DNA of 61,368 bases, filler included, from Squatina squatina (GCA_031763465.1; 4 parts of 4 records of this genome joined end to end with filler, not necessarily neighbours in it); one strand, 5' to 3'; shown: positions 27,079-39,294, counted from the whole stretch's first letter. Translations and numbers: made by a program. The notes: generated from the sequence alone by a model not told the origin.

Positions 27079-27353
27079 TTGAATCTGCCACCGCAGTGTT
27101 GACACTGCTCGCCGACCCAGCCTTGGTCGCAGATGCAGCTCCCATTCACACATCTGCCGTAGACACAGGTCGACTTGTCGCATTCCCGGCAGAGCCCCAG
27201 GCGGGCCGAGAGAACGAGGTAGAGCAGAGCGTAGCAGGCGCAGGACCGGCACGCGTCCAGCCCGTCCCGGGCCACCGGCCACCCTTTGCTCGCGTTCAGT
27301 TGATTCCAGCCCAGTCTCTTTTGCAGGTTCCCACCGCCGTTTGCAGCCGCCAT
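27079..27353 (-). CDS. ATRNL1: Attractin-like 1 first coding exon (signal region and first EGF repeat)
   Basis: MAAANGGG...CYALLYLVLSARLGLCRECDKSTCVYGRCVNGSCICDQGWVGEQCQHCGGRF(K)|gtaaga. CYALLYL resembles ATRNL1 CYGFLYL rather than ATRN. The ATG at 27353 has a strong context (AAAATGG); an in-frame upstream ATG lies at 27368. CpG-rich. Confidence 0.93.
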
Positions 27354-27402
27354 TTTAACCTGTATCATTCAGATTGGACGGAAACCACCCCCCAAACCAA
27401 AT

Positions 27403-27502
27403 NNNNNNNNNNNNNNNNNNNNNNNNNNNNNNNNNNNNNNNNNNNNTTAATTAATTAANNNNNNNNNNNNNNNNNNNNNNNNNNNNNNNNNNNNNNNNNN
27501 NN
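27403..27502. other. Artificial scaffold-joining linker
   Basis: N44-TTAATTAATTAA-N44. Confidence 0.97.
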
Positions 27503-29180
27503 ATCCAGCATGTCTTGCAGCTTATTTGCCTCATGAGATCCATTCACAATATAACGGTCATTCTTTGAATCAAACTGGGTCTGAGCTCCCAGCTCACAAC
27601 CAAAAAACTTGGTGGGATCTGCAAGAAAAATAGCACTTTGTTGAAGAAAAATGATTAGAGTTTTTCGATCCATGGTACATCCCAAGCGACCTCAATTTCA
27701 GCCAAGACAAGAGTGGAACGTACTTTTGCACCTCATACTAGAAGAGGGTGATCAGCAGCCAGAATTCACTATGCATGAACATACTAAAGAGGGTACAAAT
27801 GGACATCATGGAAGATTTAATTTGGCAGTAGCTAATTCCACACCCCTTTCTGGGAATATACCAAACAAAATTGACAAAAGTCACCACTGAGGGTACCAGG
27901 GGGCTGTTTGCAGTCATAGAAACATCTCAATTTCAATATCTGTTTAACTTATGCTGACAATCTACATGAAACAGGCAATTCAAATTGAAGCAACGGGACA
28001 AGATGCTCTCAAGCCCCAAGAATTCTGCCATTAAAACCCAAATCTCACTACTGCAGGTTTCTTCTGCTTGGCTTGTGGGCCCCAGTTGTTTTGAACAGGA
28101 TATTTTTAATGCTNNNNNNNNNNNNNNNNNNNNNNNNNNNNNNNNNNNNNNNNNNNNNNNNNNNNNNNNNNNNNNNNNNNNNNNNNNNNNNNNNNNTTTT
28201 TAATGCTTACTCCATTGGTAGATAAATTCTTACGTAATTCAAATGGACGGATTTAAAAAGCTTTTATGGCCAATAGTGCTCCATGGCACATATACACAGC
28301 AGACGAACACCTCTGGACTTAAAATGCCTATTACAATGGATAGTCAAATATAATGCAGTATAATCACATTTGATTACAAAATTCCCAGATTGCAGCAATT
28401 TAATGCAGTAATTTTAGCACCAGTGCAAAAAGACAACCATGGTTCTCTACTTAAGTCTTGAAAAATACAATGCTGACCCAAACACATGACTGGGAAATCC
28501 AAAAAGCTGCAAATTCCACAAGCAACAGCTTTTTGTGGCTGTTTTCCACAATCACATGGAACATCCATGACAGTTTAGATCTACAGCATATTGCAGGATT
28601 GTAGTCACCAGTTCCAGTGCTCTGGACTCATAACTTCAAGTGACCAATAGGTGGCACAATCCAGCTAATATGGCAAAACATTTTTTTTTGAATACAGGGA
28701 AGGGGAAAGCAATTAACAATCCACTTTACAAATATGTGTAATCTCAACAACCAGAATAGCAATGACATGAACTAGGTGACCAGTAAAAAAAGTCACAAGA
28801 ACTAGTGAGAATATAATGTTAGCTAATTAAGATTTGCAAAATATCCTTTAGGAATATTTTGCATATCTGTATTTAAGAGTTGAGAGATGTATAAAGGAAT
28901 TTCATAGCAACATGTAAAACCTCAGATTAGAGATTAGTTACTTTGGAACACCAAATTTAGGCAGTCAGCATTATGGAAGATAGATGGTTATAACTTAACT
29001 GGTACTTACACGTTGGAGGCCGATTAAGCGCCTTGGCAACATCAACCATGTTGACTATTACTGTCTTTATTCCATTCCCTTTGCCCTCGACCTGAGGAAA
29101 ATCATACATTTTAGTTTGTAACAGTGAGGTCCCAAACTAAAGCCAAGTCAAGTATTTCTAGTCAATCGTACCTTAGCAAT

Positions 29181-29333
29181 CAGACGGGGCCTCTGTGTTT
29201 ATCGACTCATTTGAAGGACAGCACCTCCGACAGTGCCTCAGTACTGCACTAGAGTATCAGCCTAGATTTTTGTCCTTAAGTCTCTGGAGTTGGACTTGAA
29301 CCTGCAACCTTCTGACTCAGAGGTGAGAGTGCT
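29181..29333 (-). mobile_element. Deu-domain SINE 5' part (tRNA-derived head)
   Basis: CAGACGGGGCCTC...GCACCTCCGACAGTG...AGTACTGCACT...GGACTTGAACC...CTTCTGACTCAGAGG.GAGAGTGCT. Confidence 0.75.
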
Positions 29334-29999
29334 CCAGGATTTTTCAGCAGTCAACATGGCCTAAGAAGCAGCTGCCACCATACACGGCATTACACTCGCT
29401 AGTCTGAGATACTCCTGTTTTAACAACAGGGGTGGAAAATCTTACCAACTGTCTCCTGTCAGCTTATCATGAAACACATTCTAGTACAATTGGAGATCAT
29501 TTTGACTGAGAAAGATTGCTTGTAGTGAACTATATGTTACATTGAGCCAGCAGGGGTCACCAAATGTACAGGCAATAAAGGGAAACAAAAAAAGAACAGT
29601 CTACACAATGAGAGTTAGGGCTTTTCTGCGGGGTGCTAAAACGACAATATGGAACAGAATAACATTGTAGTGTTGGTGTTGATGCATTTTCAAAATAATC
29701 TGCCATATTATAGCACACTACTTATTACCTTGTGTATATATTTATGTTGATACTCGTCAACACAAAATAATATCTGGAAACACATATAATATTACATAGT
29801 ATTTAAGGCAGAGAAACAGACCATTTGGCCCAACAGGTCCATGTCAGCATTTCTGCCCACTTGAGCCTACTCAAACCTCCTCCCATCCTTCCTCATCTAA
29901 CTCCATCTGCATAACCCTCAATTCCCTTCTCCCTCATATACTCACCTCGCTTCTCTGAAGGGGCATCTATACTATTTGCCTGAACTACTGCATGTGGTA

Positions 30000-30201
30000 T
30001 TCCAAAGCACTCATGGCTAGCCTCCCACATTCTACCCTACATATACTCGAGTTCATCCAAAACTCGGTGCCCTTGCCCTAACTCGCACCAAGTCCCGTTC
30101 ACTCATTTGTCTTGTAATATCCCTGTGCTTGCTGACCTACATTGGCTCCGGTTAAGCAACACCTCGTTTTCAAAATTCTCATCTTTGTTTTCAGATCCCT
30201 C
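30000..30201 (+). mobile_element. L2 LINE ORF2 C-terminal fragment
   Basis: Degenerate ..LEFIQNS..LTRTKSRSLI..PVLADLHWL..FKILIFVFRSL, the typical L2 'LHWLP..FKIL' region. Confidence 0.8.
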
Positions 30202-30301
30202 NNNNNNNNNNNNNNNNNNNNNNNNNNNNNNNNNNNNNNNNNNNNNNNNNNNNNNNNNNNNNNNNNNNNNNNNNNNNNNNNNNNNNNNNNNNNNNNNNNN
30301 N

Positions 30302-30815
30302 TGTGAGTCACTGCCCAGCACCGCCATGCGCAGCACGCACTCCGCACATTGCGGAGTTTAAAAAAAAACATACACATTTAAATGCATAAATCAAGCTACA
30401 TATATCGGCCCGACGCTCACCGAGAGCAGGTTACACTGCACTACTCGGAGAGGAGTCCGCCGCGGTTATAAACAGCTCCCGAGGTAAGTTGTGAGCCGCG
30501 CCAGTCCAGTTGGCGCATAGTGCGTCACACGGAGGGAGCCGCTAGCCGCTGACTGGGGCCGCTGGACGCCATTTTGAGAGGCTCGCGTCCTGCTCTTCCA
30601 ACACGTCCCAGTGCCTCGCCACCCCCCGCTCGCCCCTGAAGAATGCCCCCCCACTTACCCCTACGTACCGAATCACTTACCGTTGTCACAAAACAAAGAC
30701 ATAAACACAAGCCTAATCGCTCTTGGATATGTGAACTACTAGGACGGCACGTCACGGTGCCGCGACGCCGAACACCTTCTGTGCGCAAGAAATTAAAAAA
30801 AAAACCCTTCCGTGG
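30302..30815. promoter_or_regulatory. CpG-island-like promoter / first-exon region of an unidentified gene
   Basis: High CpG density with no recognisable repeat ends. YY1-type motif CGCCATTTTG at 30567-30576. Consensus donors GTAAGT on the minus strand (30675-30680, 30653-30658) and on the plus strand (30484-30489). Confidence 0.6.
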
Positions 30816-33653
30816 NNNNNNNNNNNNNNNNNNNNNNNNNNNNNNNNNNNNNNNNNNNNNNNNNNNNNNNNNNNNNNNNNNNNNNNNNNNNNNNNNNNNN
30901 NNNNNNNNNNNNNNNCTGTTGTGCATTTGCTGGGCAGGGTCACTTGCCCTATCTCTAAGTCACAGATGGTGTACAGCATGTGTTGATCAAAGGAATTAGG
31001 GTAGAAAACAACTTACAGAAAGAGGAGTTTGTAGAATGTGGGCAGGTCATTACTTTTTTGATGTCGATGGAAGATTTGTGAATATTGCGATTCTACCATT
31101 AACATTTATGTCAATTAAAAAATACTTTTTCTTTAGTCAATTTCACTAAAATAGCACCCTTGAATATCTGTTCACACAAAGATCTTGAAAGTGGGTGGAT
31201 CAAACAGATTGGAGCTGCAGGTTTCTGCTCATCTGCAGCCTGACCCAATTTCACAGGCAGCCCATGAGACAATGATAGAAGCAATAATCTCATTGTGGCT
31301 TTTTTCCCTGAAGTCAATAATTTTCTCCCTCTTTGCCCCTCCGAAGATAGTTAACACTTGCTGAGAAACAATTCCATGGCCCAGGTATTATTCCAGTACA
31401 TTGCACCCATGTTGTTATTCATAATTGAGCCCAATCCTGTCCTCACTCAACATCTACACTTGTTTAGTTCAAGCAGATGTTGCTTCATAGAGATCAGGAG
31501 TAAGAACCCTTGCTCATTTTTCTCTCCCCAACCCATATACTCACCAAATAAACTTGCTGAGCTGTACTAGGATTCTAGAAAAGTGATTATGATGTGAAAA
31601 AATAGTAACATCCAAATTACACACAAATCAGTCAATAAATGTTTAGAAAATATGTGCAACTTGTTCCCAATGCCTTAGATATATTGTAGTGCAGTGTTTT
31701 TCACCATTTATAAAGAATTCTTTGCTTAATTTAATTCAACACAGATTTCATTCATGATTGTTTAGATGCTGTTGTTGCAAAGTGTTTGTTCTTATGTGAA
31801 AAGAAGTGAGTTTTGTTTNNNNNNNNNNNNNNNNNNNNNNNNNNNNNNNNNNNNNNNNNNNNNNNNNNNNNNNNNNNNNNNNNNNNNNNNNNNNNNNNNN
31901 NNNNNNNNNNNNNNNNNNGAATTTCATGGGCATTCACTGGGCAGAAGTTGGGCAAATAACCCAACTCTTTGCCCGCGAATGCTATTTTCCCGGGGATGTA
32001 GCTGATCTGTCAAAAAGATTCTTGACGAATCGCAAGTTCCGGGATCCAGCACATTTGCTTCGCGAGTGAAAACCAGGAACTTGCGTGGCCCTTACAGGCA
32101 CCTACGTATTCCGTACGCACATGTAAAGGTTGCAAATCACAGGCCATTGTTGGTCTGATCTAGAGAGAGAACAATCCAAGTGTGACAGTGTCCAGACTCT
32201 GCTGCAGCCAGCATGTGGCTGCATAGCGGTTCTTGTGATATGACGCATGTACAAACAAGGTGTGACAGTTTACCAGTGTCCCTCTGTGACATACTGGTGG
32301 AATGAGACTGCATCATTATGTCACTTCAGTGAATCATCAGACATATTTGCATGCTGATGTTGTTACAATGATTACTGTGTATTTAATAGGTCCAGGATAA
32401 CTGGCAGCAGTGAGGAAGAGGCAGTAATAAAACACGTCTTCCTGACCATCAGTCTTAAAAAAACTGACAAGCTTAAGTTGCAGTCACCACCATTTGTGCG
32501 AGGACCATGTATCGGGAGCCGGAGGCACAAAAGCAATATAGTCAGATCTTAGATTCAAGTTTTCAGTCATTGAATTTACAGCAGGAAACACTGCAGTGTT
32601 TGATTCAGATGAAGCTGGCTCACATGCCTAAAGCAGCTAAGCTCATTTTCCTTCAACAAACGCATTGAGTAATACCCCCACCACTGTTAATCCTGCAGCA
32701 ATTACAGAAAACGGCAGTGTTTAGTCAGGAATTTGGAAACCTTGGAATCTGTGAAACTGAACGAGCATTTTTTTAATTCAGCATTGCAATCGCAATGTTT
32801 CTGTATTTGCTGTGGAATTGTTTAGCATTTGACGCAGTCAAGAAAATGTCACAGAAATATTTACAACTATATATACATGACCTTTTGGTAAAAGACTGAA
32901 AGGCTGATTTTTCCAGTCACTTGATTCTGGCGTGTGGAACTCAGGAAATTTGGGGTCTGAAAATCCATTGGCAGAATGGTGGCATGTCAGGCTCCAGAGG
33001 CCTGGAAAGAACAGAAATTTTGGTTGGAAGATTTAAGGCACTTATTTTTCACAGGGCCCTGTGGCGGGCAGAGTTCCTATCTACCCCAAACATCAGGGGA
33101 TGTGGGTTCAAAGGAGAGCTTTCCCAACACTAGGAATTTCTCCAGCTCTTGCCTCCCTTCTGCCCACTGGTCTGGATGCTGGGTTAAAAACTAATTGTGA
33201 ATAGGATCTGATTGTCAATCTTTGAATATTATCTTTACAGTTTGGCAGTCAAATATTAGTCATCAATATTTTGCTCTGGTGAAAAGTGAATTCTCAAGTC
33301 TTAATTCTAAATTATACAGATGTAAACACAACTTACTAGTAAATTTGTTTTAATTTATTTTAAGATTACACTGCGGAAGTATTTGCAAACAAAAGTAATA
33401 AACTCAAGGCATACATTGAATGTAGTATGAGTAGGAGCAGCTTAATAATTCTAGACAAGAATTTAGAGCAACNNNNNNNNNNNNNNNNNNNNNNNNNNNN
33501 NNNNNNNNNNNNNNNNNNNNNNNNNNNNNNNNNNNNNNNNNNNNNNNNNNNNNNNNNNNNNNNNNNNNNNNNTTCTCAGTTTGGTAAGAAGCTACTGCTG
33601 CCGTCCTTCAGAAATCATTTTTAGAATGTCTGTTTGATTTGTTCTCACCATAC

Positions 33654-33780
33654 CTTTAATTTACAAAACAAGGTCTTTAACAAAATGTCTTTTCTCCTCT
33701 TTTCCATTTCATTCAGAATTGAAAGGGCTTGCTCTTTCATCACAGCATTTGTGATTTTCTCATTTGTTTCAAGATAATTC
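33654..33780 (-). CDS. TNFAIP2/EXOC3L4-like (Sec6 family) internal exon
   Basis: ttttcag|g NYLETNEKITNAVMKEQALSILNEMEKRRKDILLKTLFCKLK|gtatgg; 127 nt. Resembles the TNFAIP2-type exon ending L...LF..LK. Confidence 0.72.
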
Positions 33781-34262
33781 CTGAAAACAGAATTAGAAAA
33801 TTAATGAAGCTCACATGTTTAAACCCAACAGTGCTTTGAGAGGAGACTTGCAAAGGTAAACTTATTGTGACTTTGGCGATAGTGTAAAACAGGTGATATC
33901 GAATCAGTTATATATCTCTACTGATTTTCATTTCCATTGTGATATTTAATGAGGGAGATTTATACTGAGATATTTATAGATAAAGGAATATTTCACTCAT
34001 GACAGGGTATTACTGTTGTTCTTCTGTACCATTTTCAAAAAGAGTTGACCACTCACCCTAAAGCTGAAGGATCCTGACTGACCTGACAGTATTTGCGACA
34101 CACCTTCCAGATAGGAGGTTATGTGACATCTCACTTGACATTAAAGGTGTGCTATCTTTATTGAAGTAGCTACATATCTCTGTTAACAGTGAACCGTGTG
34201 GAGCAACAAAAGGACAAATGATCAAGAGGAAAGTTATTGGGTGGAATTTTTTAAGACTGAAA

Positions 34263-34756
34263 GGGCGCCCAATTCGTGACTTTCTTTTCGTGTTAAAATG
34301 GCGTTAAATGCATCGGTGTTAACTTTTCAGCGCGAAATTCATCCCCCGCTAATGCCGGTGCTAAGCGGGCGCTAACCCCTTAAGGCCACAATCGCAAAGT
34401 TCAGCTTTAGAGTGTCCCGATGACGTCATCAGTGGGCGCAATGCCCAAAATGGCTGCCCGCTGTAGAATTCGACAAAGCTACAGTGCCTTAAATTTAGCG
34501 GTGTCTATGCCCCATTTTTTCGGTGCTGACAGGCCTCATCTCAGAACTTTTAGCGCTAATGAAAGCCCTGAGACTGGGCTTCATTCTCACTTTGTCTCCC
34601 AGCTCCATATCGATCAAATCATGTGACTTTTCACTTTAAAGCCTCACTCTGAGTCAGTGCTGACTTCTCTTTGGTTTGCCCTGAGCTTTGGCCATCTTGC
34701 AGATTTCGGCCCCAGTCGCCATGGGTGCTGCACTCACGGTCGAATGGATACTCATC
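34263..34756. mobile_element. MITE family B arm starting with GGGCGCCCAATT
   Basis: Reverse-complement match to 49627-50071 over about 420 bp. Confidence 0.85.
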
Positions 34757-34870
34757 NNNNNNNNNNNNNNNNNNNNNNNNNNNNNNNNNNNNNNNNNNNN
34801 NNNNNNNNNNNNNNNNNNNNNNNNNNNNNNNNNNNNNNNNNNNNNNNNNNNNNNNNCCAGAGTGACTTAC

Positions 34871-35516
34871 TTTGGATAACAATTGTAAATCCAATACAGA
34901 AATGGGTAAACATCTTTTCCTTTTAGTCCACTTTCTGCGATTAATGCGCTGAGAGAAGAAATTTTTTTGTGATAATATTCTGCATACTTTCCACATATAT
35001 CGTACTCTTGGGGATAACATGGTTTGATGCAGTTCACAATGGTGTCTAAATCCTCTTTGAGTTGGCTGCGAAGCTGCACTAAACACTGAGTGAGCCACTC
35101 GGTTTTGTTGTCATCAGAAGCACTGGGTAGTTCCCCTATTCTTTCATTCACAGAGTGCTGTAAAATGCTCAGCCATTTAGCTTCCCATCCTCTTGGCCCA
35201 ACCTCTGGAATACTTCCCGATTTTCCTTTTTCCTCTAGGTACATCTGATCGGATTTTTCTTCTTGGATTTTCACTTATACTGCCATTTTCAACAGATCTG
35301 GATTTTCTTTGGAAATGTTCATTGATTCTTTCACCACTTTGAAAATTGCAGCACTAAGCAGCTCATACAATGATTCGATTTCTTTCTTATCCTTTTTGAT
35401 GTTATCTTCATCCTTCTCCATAGTATCGTTAGTGTATCGCTCATATTCTAACTTGATGAGATACTGGTCAGCCTTAAAATATCTTTTTTGTTCAATAAGC
35501 TCTTTGATGTCTTTTT
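34871..35516 (-). pseudogene. TNFAIP2 (M-Sec)/EXOC3L4-like large exon with an in-frame TAA at 35275-35277
   Basis: cctag|aa KDIKELIEQKRYFKADQYLIKLE...LYELL...LLKMAV*VKIQEEKSD...GPRGWEAKW...LKEDLDTIVNCIKPCYPQEYDICGKYAEYYH...LYWIYNCYP aa|gtaagt. Sec6-family motifs PR.W, EDL..I...IKPCYP..Y.I and YH are present. Confidence 0.8.
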
Positions 35517-36182
35517 CTAGGCAGAAGAAAGTTACTATTGGTATTCAGGAAAGATAGACCAAGATTTCTGCTTGAATGTCAATTGAAAGTAGTCCAATAT
35601 TGAAAAGATTGTGAACTAAAACTAGCTTTCAGCCAACTTTATGCATGCCAGTAAAATTATCACCACATAAATATTCATCATCAATATTCTGGCTAAAGTT
35701 TAAGAAAATATATTCATAATTATAAAAGTAGATCATTGTACCATCAAAATCATGCTGTTAATTAGCAGAGAGGAAATTTTGCTTAGCTAAGTGAAAACAC
35801 AGTTAGCAAGGACTAAGGGGGAGAAATTTGGGATAGCCTGGTTTCGGGGTACTAACTTTTGAAAATTGAAAAAATTTGCGCTAGGCGCTAATGTTTTTTA
35901 GTTTTTTTTTAAATTGGCGTNNNNNNNNNNNNNNNNNNNNNNNNNNNNNNNNNNNNNNNNNNNNNNNNNNNNNNNNNNNNNNNNNNNNNNNNNNNNNNNN
36001 NNNNNNNNNNNNNNNNNNNNTAATCTGGTTATGCAAAGGATTGTGATCGAAAAGAGGAAGACATTATGCACAACGTGTGAGAAACTTAATCTAAAATGCA
36101 TTGTATTTATGTCAGTGATTACAGCTTGTTATTCACCTTCATTAAATCAGTTGAATGATACAATTCATCATTTAATTCATAC

Positions 36183-36300
36183 CTTCAATGCTTCAACATA
36201 TTTGTCCATGATAATTTCTGTAATCTTTTGGTCCAGCACAGGACCAAGTTCTTGTACGTTCACCTCTGGTGAAAGATCAGGATGACTCATAACATCTCCA
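36183..36300 (-). CDS. EXOC3-family (EXOC3L1/EXOC3L4/TNFAIP2-like) internal exon
   Basis: tttgcag|t GDVMSHPDLSPEVNVQELGPVLDQKITEIIMDKYVEALK|gtatga; 118 nt. Resembles the 'M.HP.L..E....LGPLL' exon of Sec6-family genes. Confidence 0.8.
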
Positions 36301-36769
36301 CTGCAAACAAAATGGCACATTTTAGGCACTAGATTTTCAGAAATAGACACTCTTAATCTGGTATACTGGTGAATTACTTTGATCTATATGAAGAACTAGA
36401 ATTCAATTAATTAAGGCAAGAATTTCAAGATGGCGGTTTCTGCTCACAATTCCCTGCAAAAATTTCAAATATGTCAGTTAAGTCTTTTATGCAGGAAACA
36501 AGGTTTATTCCCACGGTTAAGAGAGAAATGTTAAGATGGCAAGTCAACCTGGGCTGCGCTGACTTCCTAGTTGCTAATCGCAGAGTATGATTGGTAGAGA
36601 TCAGGGAGCAGGTCCTCTGTGCAGACCAACACATGATGCATAGAGTGTGAGGCTCTAAATACAGAAGAAAATGCGGGGGTGGGGACGTGGAAATAATAAA
36701 GATAAAGAGTACCATAACTAAAATAATAAAAAGTAAAATATGCATCTTTGAGGTGATAATATAAATAAA

Positions 36770-37001
36770 GATCGAGTCGACTAGGCCTATATTCCCAAGA
36801 ATTTAGGAGAATGAGAGGTAACCTCATTGAAACATACAAAATTCTTACAGGGCTCGACAGGGTAGATGCAGGGAGGACGTTTCCCCTGGCTGGGAGGGGG
36901 TCTAGAACCAGGAGTCACAGTCTCAGAACAAGGGGTCGGCCATTTAGGACTGAGATGAGGAAAGATTTCTTCACTCAGTGTTGTGAATCTTTGGAATTCT
37001 C
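36770..37001 (+). mobile_element. CR1 LINE ORF2 C-terminus
   Basis: RRMRGNLIETYKILTGLDRVDAGRTFPL...TRSHSL...FRTEMRKDFFTQ. Confidence 0.92.
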
Positions 37002-37770
37002 NNNNNNNNNNNNNNNNNNNNNNNNNNNNNNNNNNNNNNNNNNNNNNNNNNNNNNNNNNNNNNNNNNNNNNNNNNNNNNNNNNNNNNNNNNNNNNNNNNN
37101 NAGGTTTGCACAAAGATTAATGCTACTGTCCAGGAAGAATATATAAAGTCTTTGTACTTTTGACTGTGTCTGCCAGGTTTTTATGAACAACAATGGCTAT
37201 CTATAATAGTAGGAATAGGGGTTGTGTTGATTTGAAATCAAAATCAAATAATCAAAGCACATCGCTATTTCAATTTTGTGAGCAAAATGCCAACTGTGAG
37301 AAAAATGGAGGATAAGATGATTTACAATGTGATGCACTGACCAGGTACAGAAGATGTTACTATGGTAATCTGGCAAGATCGTGGGTATGATTATGTGACA
37401 CCTGACTTGAATTCAGTAGCTTTAGATTCATTTGAAACATTTACAAAGACTTGTAACTAGCTGCCTTACCTAGAAATACAATTGCAGACAATTACATATA
37501 TTGTACAAAGCTGATTTCTACAGTATAGGGATGATAACTCTTATGTCACCTTCCATAGAACCATCGAAAAGATACAGCACAGAAAGGGGCCATTCAGCCC
37601 ATCGTGTCCGTGCCAGCTCGAAGATCAATTAGGTGTCCATTTTAATCCCACCTTCCAGCACCTGGTCCATNNNNNNNNNNNNNNNNNNNNNNNNNNNNNN
37701 NNNNNNNNNNNNNNNNNNNNNNNNNNNNNNNNNNNNNNNNNNNNNNNNNNNNNNNNNNNNNNNNNNNNNN

Positions 37771-38330
37771 TGCTTTCTGTCTCTAGATGCTCTTCTATCA
37801 CTTATTTTAGTACAGGTTCCAGTATCTTTCATACCACTGATGTTAGCTATAGTTCCCAGGTTTTGTTCTATCTCCGTTTGTATATTGGAATAACATTAGC
37901 TGTCCATCAGTTCTCTGGCACTGTCCCCTCTTCTACGGAACTTTTCTATATATAAACTGGTGCTTCTGCTATCTCCTCCCTAGTTTCCTTGAGTATGCAT
38001 ACCATCTGGACCTGGGGTTTTATTCTCTTTTAGTTTTGCTCGTTTGTCAATTATTTTCTCCCTTTCTATCCCAACTTTATTAATATTTGTTTTCCACTCA
38101 TCCTTCTTTAGTAAAACCTGAGGTGAATTAGATATTCGATACTTCTGCCATTCCTCTGTCGTTACCTGTGAATTTATTTTGTTCATATTTAGTGACCCTA
38201 TCCCTACTTTAATTTTCCTTTTGCTGTTTATATGTCTATAGAACATTTTTTTCATTTTTTTTATATTCCTTGATAATTTGAATTCATAATTTCACTTTGC
38301 CTTCCTAATTTTTTTTAAAAGCTTCTCTCC
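37771..38330 (-). mobile_element. CR1 LINE ORF2 fragment (linker to RT start), degenerate
   Basis: KMFYRHINSKRKIKVGIG...KLKENKTPGPDGMH...; downstream NYS*HQ..KDTG. Confidence 0.85.
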
Positions 38331-38340
38331 TAAACTCTTT

Positions 38341-38730
38341 GGGGGCGAAATTGCATTTTTTTTTTGCCCTGTTCGTGTCTCGGAGGGGAGCGAACGGGGC
38401 GACAAATGTATTTTAACTGGGGCAGAGCGGCGATCTCACCTCCCAAGAAATTCCTCGGGAGGCACGGAGGCACAAGGCCCTTTGTGCCACTCCCTGCAAA
38501 TTTTGCCCAGGGCCAGTCAGCGTGCCACATCGTCATCGTGTGCGCTGACCCCTCAGCGCCCTAAGGTGACCCTTTTGCAGTTCACAGCTGGAATCATTCC
38601 ACGGGACGCGAGGCCCACTGCTGACAATGGCACCGACAGCTTTGCGGGGCACAAAGCTGTTGAACACTGGCACCTGGGGCCCTCCTTAAAGGGGAGATCT
38701 TTTACGCCCCAGGCTGCAACCTTTTTTTTT
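38341..38730. mobile_element. GC-rich MITE-like fragment
   Basis: Starts GGGGGCGAAATTG like the 10878 element and is abruptly GC-rich. Confidence 0.55.
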
Positions 38731-38732
38731 TA

Positions 38733-39294
38733 AACAGAGAATACTGGAAAAAAACTCAGCAGGTCAGGCAGTATCTGTGGAGAGAGAAACAGAGTTAACA
38801 GTTTCAGGTTGATGACCCTTCGTCAGAACTGGAAAAGGTTAGAATTGTAACAGGTTTTTAAGCACCTGCAGAGAAAGGGAAAGAGGGGAGGAAAGAAAGA
38901 ACAAAAGGACAGGTCTGTGATAGGGTGGAAGGGAAACAAAGTGCGAAAATAACTGAATGAAAAAAATAGAGGGCAGAGGTTATGGGCTGAAATTGTTGAA
39001 CTCGATGTTGAGTCCAGAAGGCTGTAAAGTGCCTAAACGAAAGGTGAGATGCTGTCCCTCGAGCTTACCTTGAGCTTCATTGCAACAGTGTAAGAGGCCA
39101 AGGACAGAGAGATCAGAGTGGGACTGAAGTGGAGAATTAAAGTGACAGGCAACCGGAAGCTTGGGGTCACGGTTATGGACTGAATGGAGATGTTCTGCAA
39201 AGCGGTTACCCAATCTGCGTTTGGTCTCCCCAATGTAGAGGAGATCACATCGTGAGCAGCGAATACAGTATACTAAATTGAAAGAAGTACAAGT
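38733..39294 (-). mobile_element. Penelope-like retroelement 3' part, GIY-YIG endonuclease (open frame 39294-38980) plus 3' non-coding region
   Basis: TCTSFNLVYCIRCSRCDLLYIGETKRRLGNRFAEHLHSV...PVACHFNS...FRLGTLQPSGLN: VY..YIG, R..EH, HF and P.GLN motifs of PLE endonucleases. Confidence 0.93.
38793..38830 (-). ncRNA. Minimal type I hammerhead ribozyme motif of the Penelope element
   Basis: AGUU-CUGACGA-AGGgucaucaaCCU-GAAA-CUG-UU-AACU: core CUGANGA and GAAA, stem II AGG/CCU, stem I AGUU/AACU. Confidence 0.7.

Noticed and set aside
28644-29560. CTCF-like motifs CCAATAGGTGGCAC and CCAGCAGGGGTCAC
   Set aside because: Each has a core mismatch and cannot be distinguished from chance without ChIP or conservation data.
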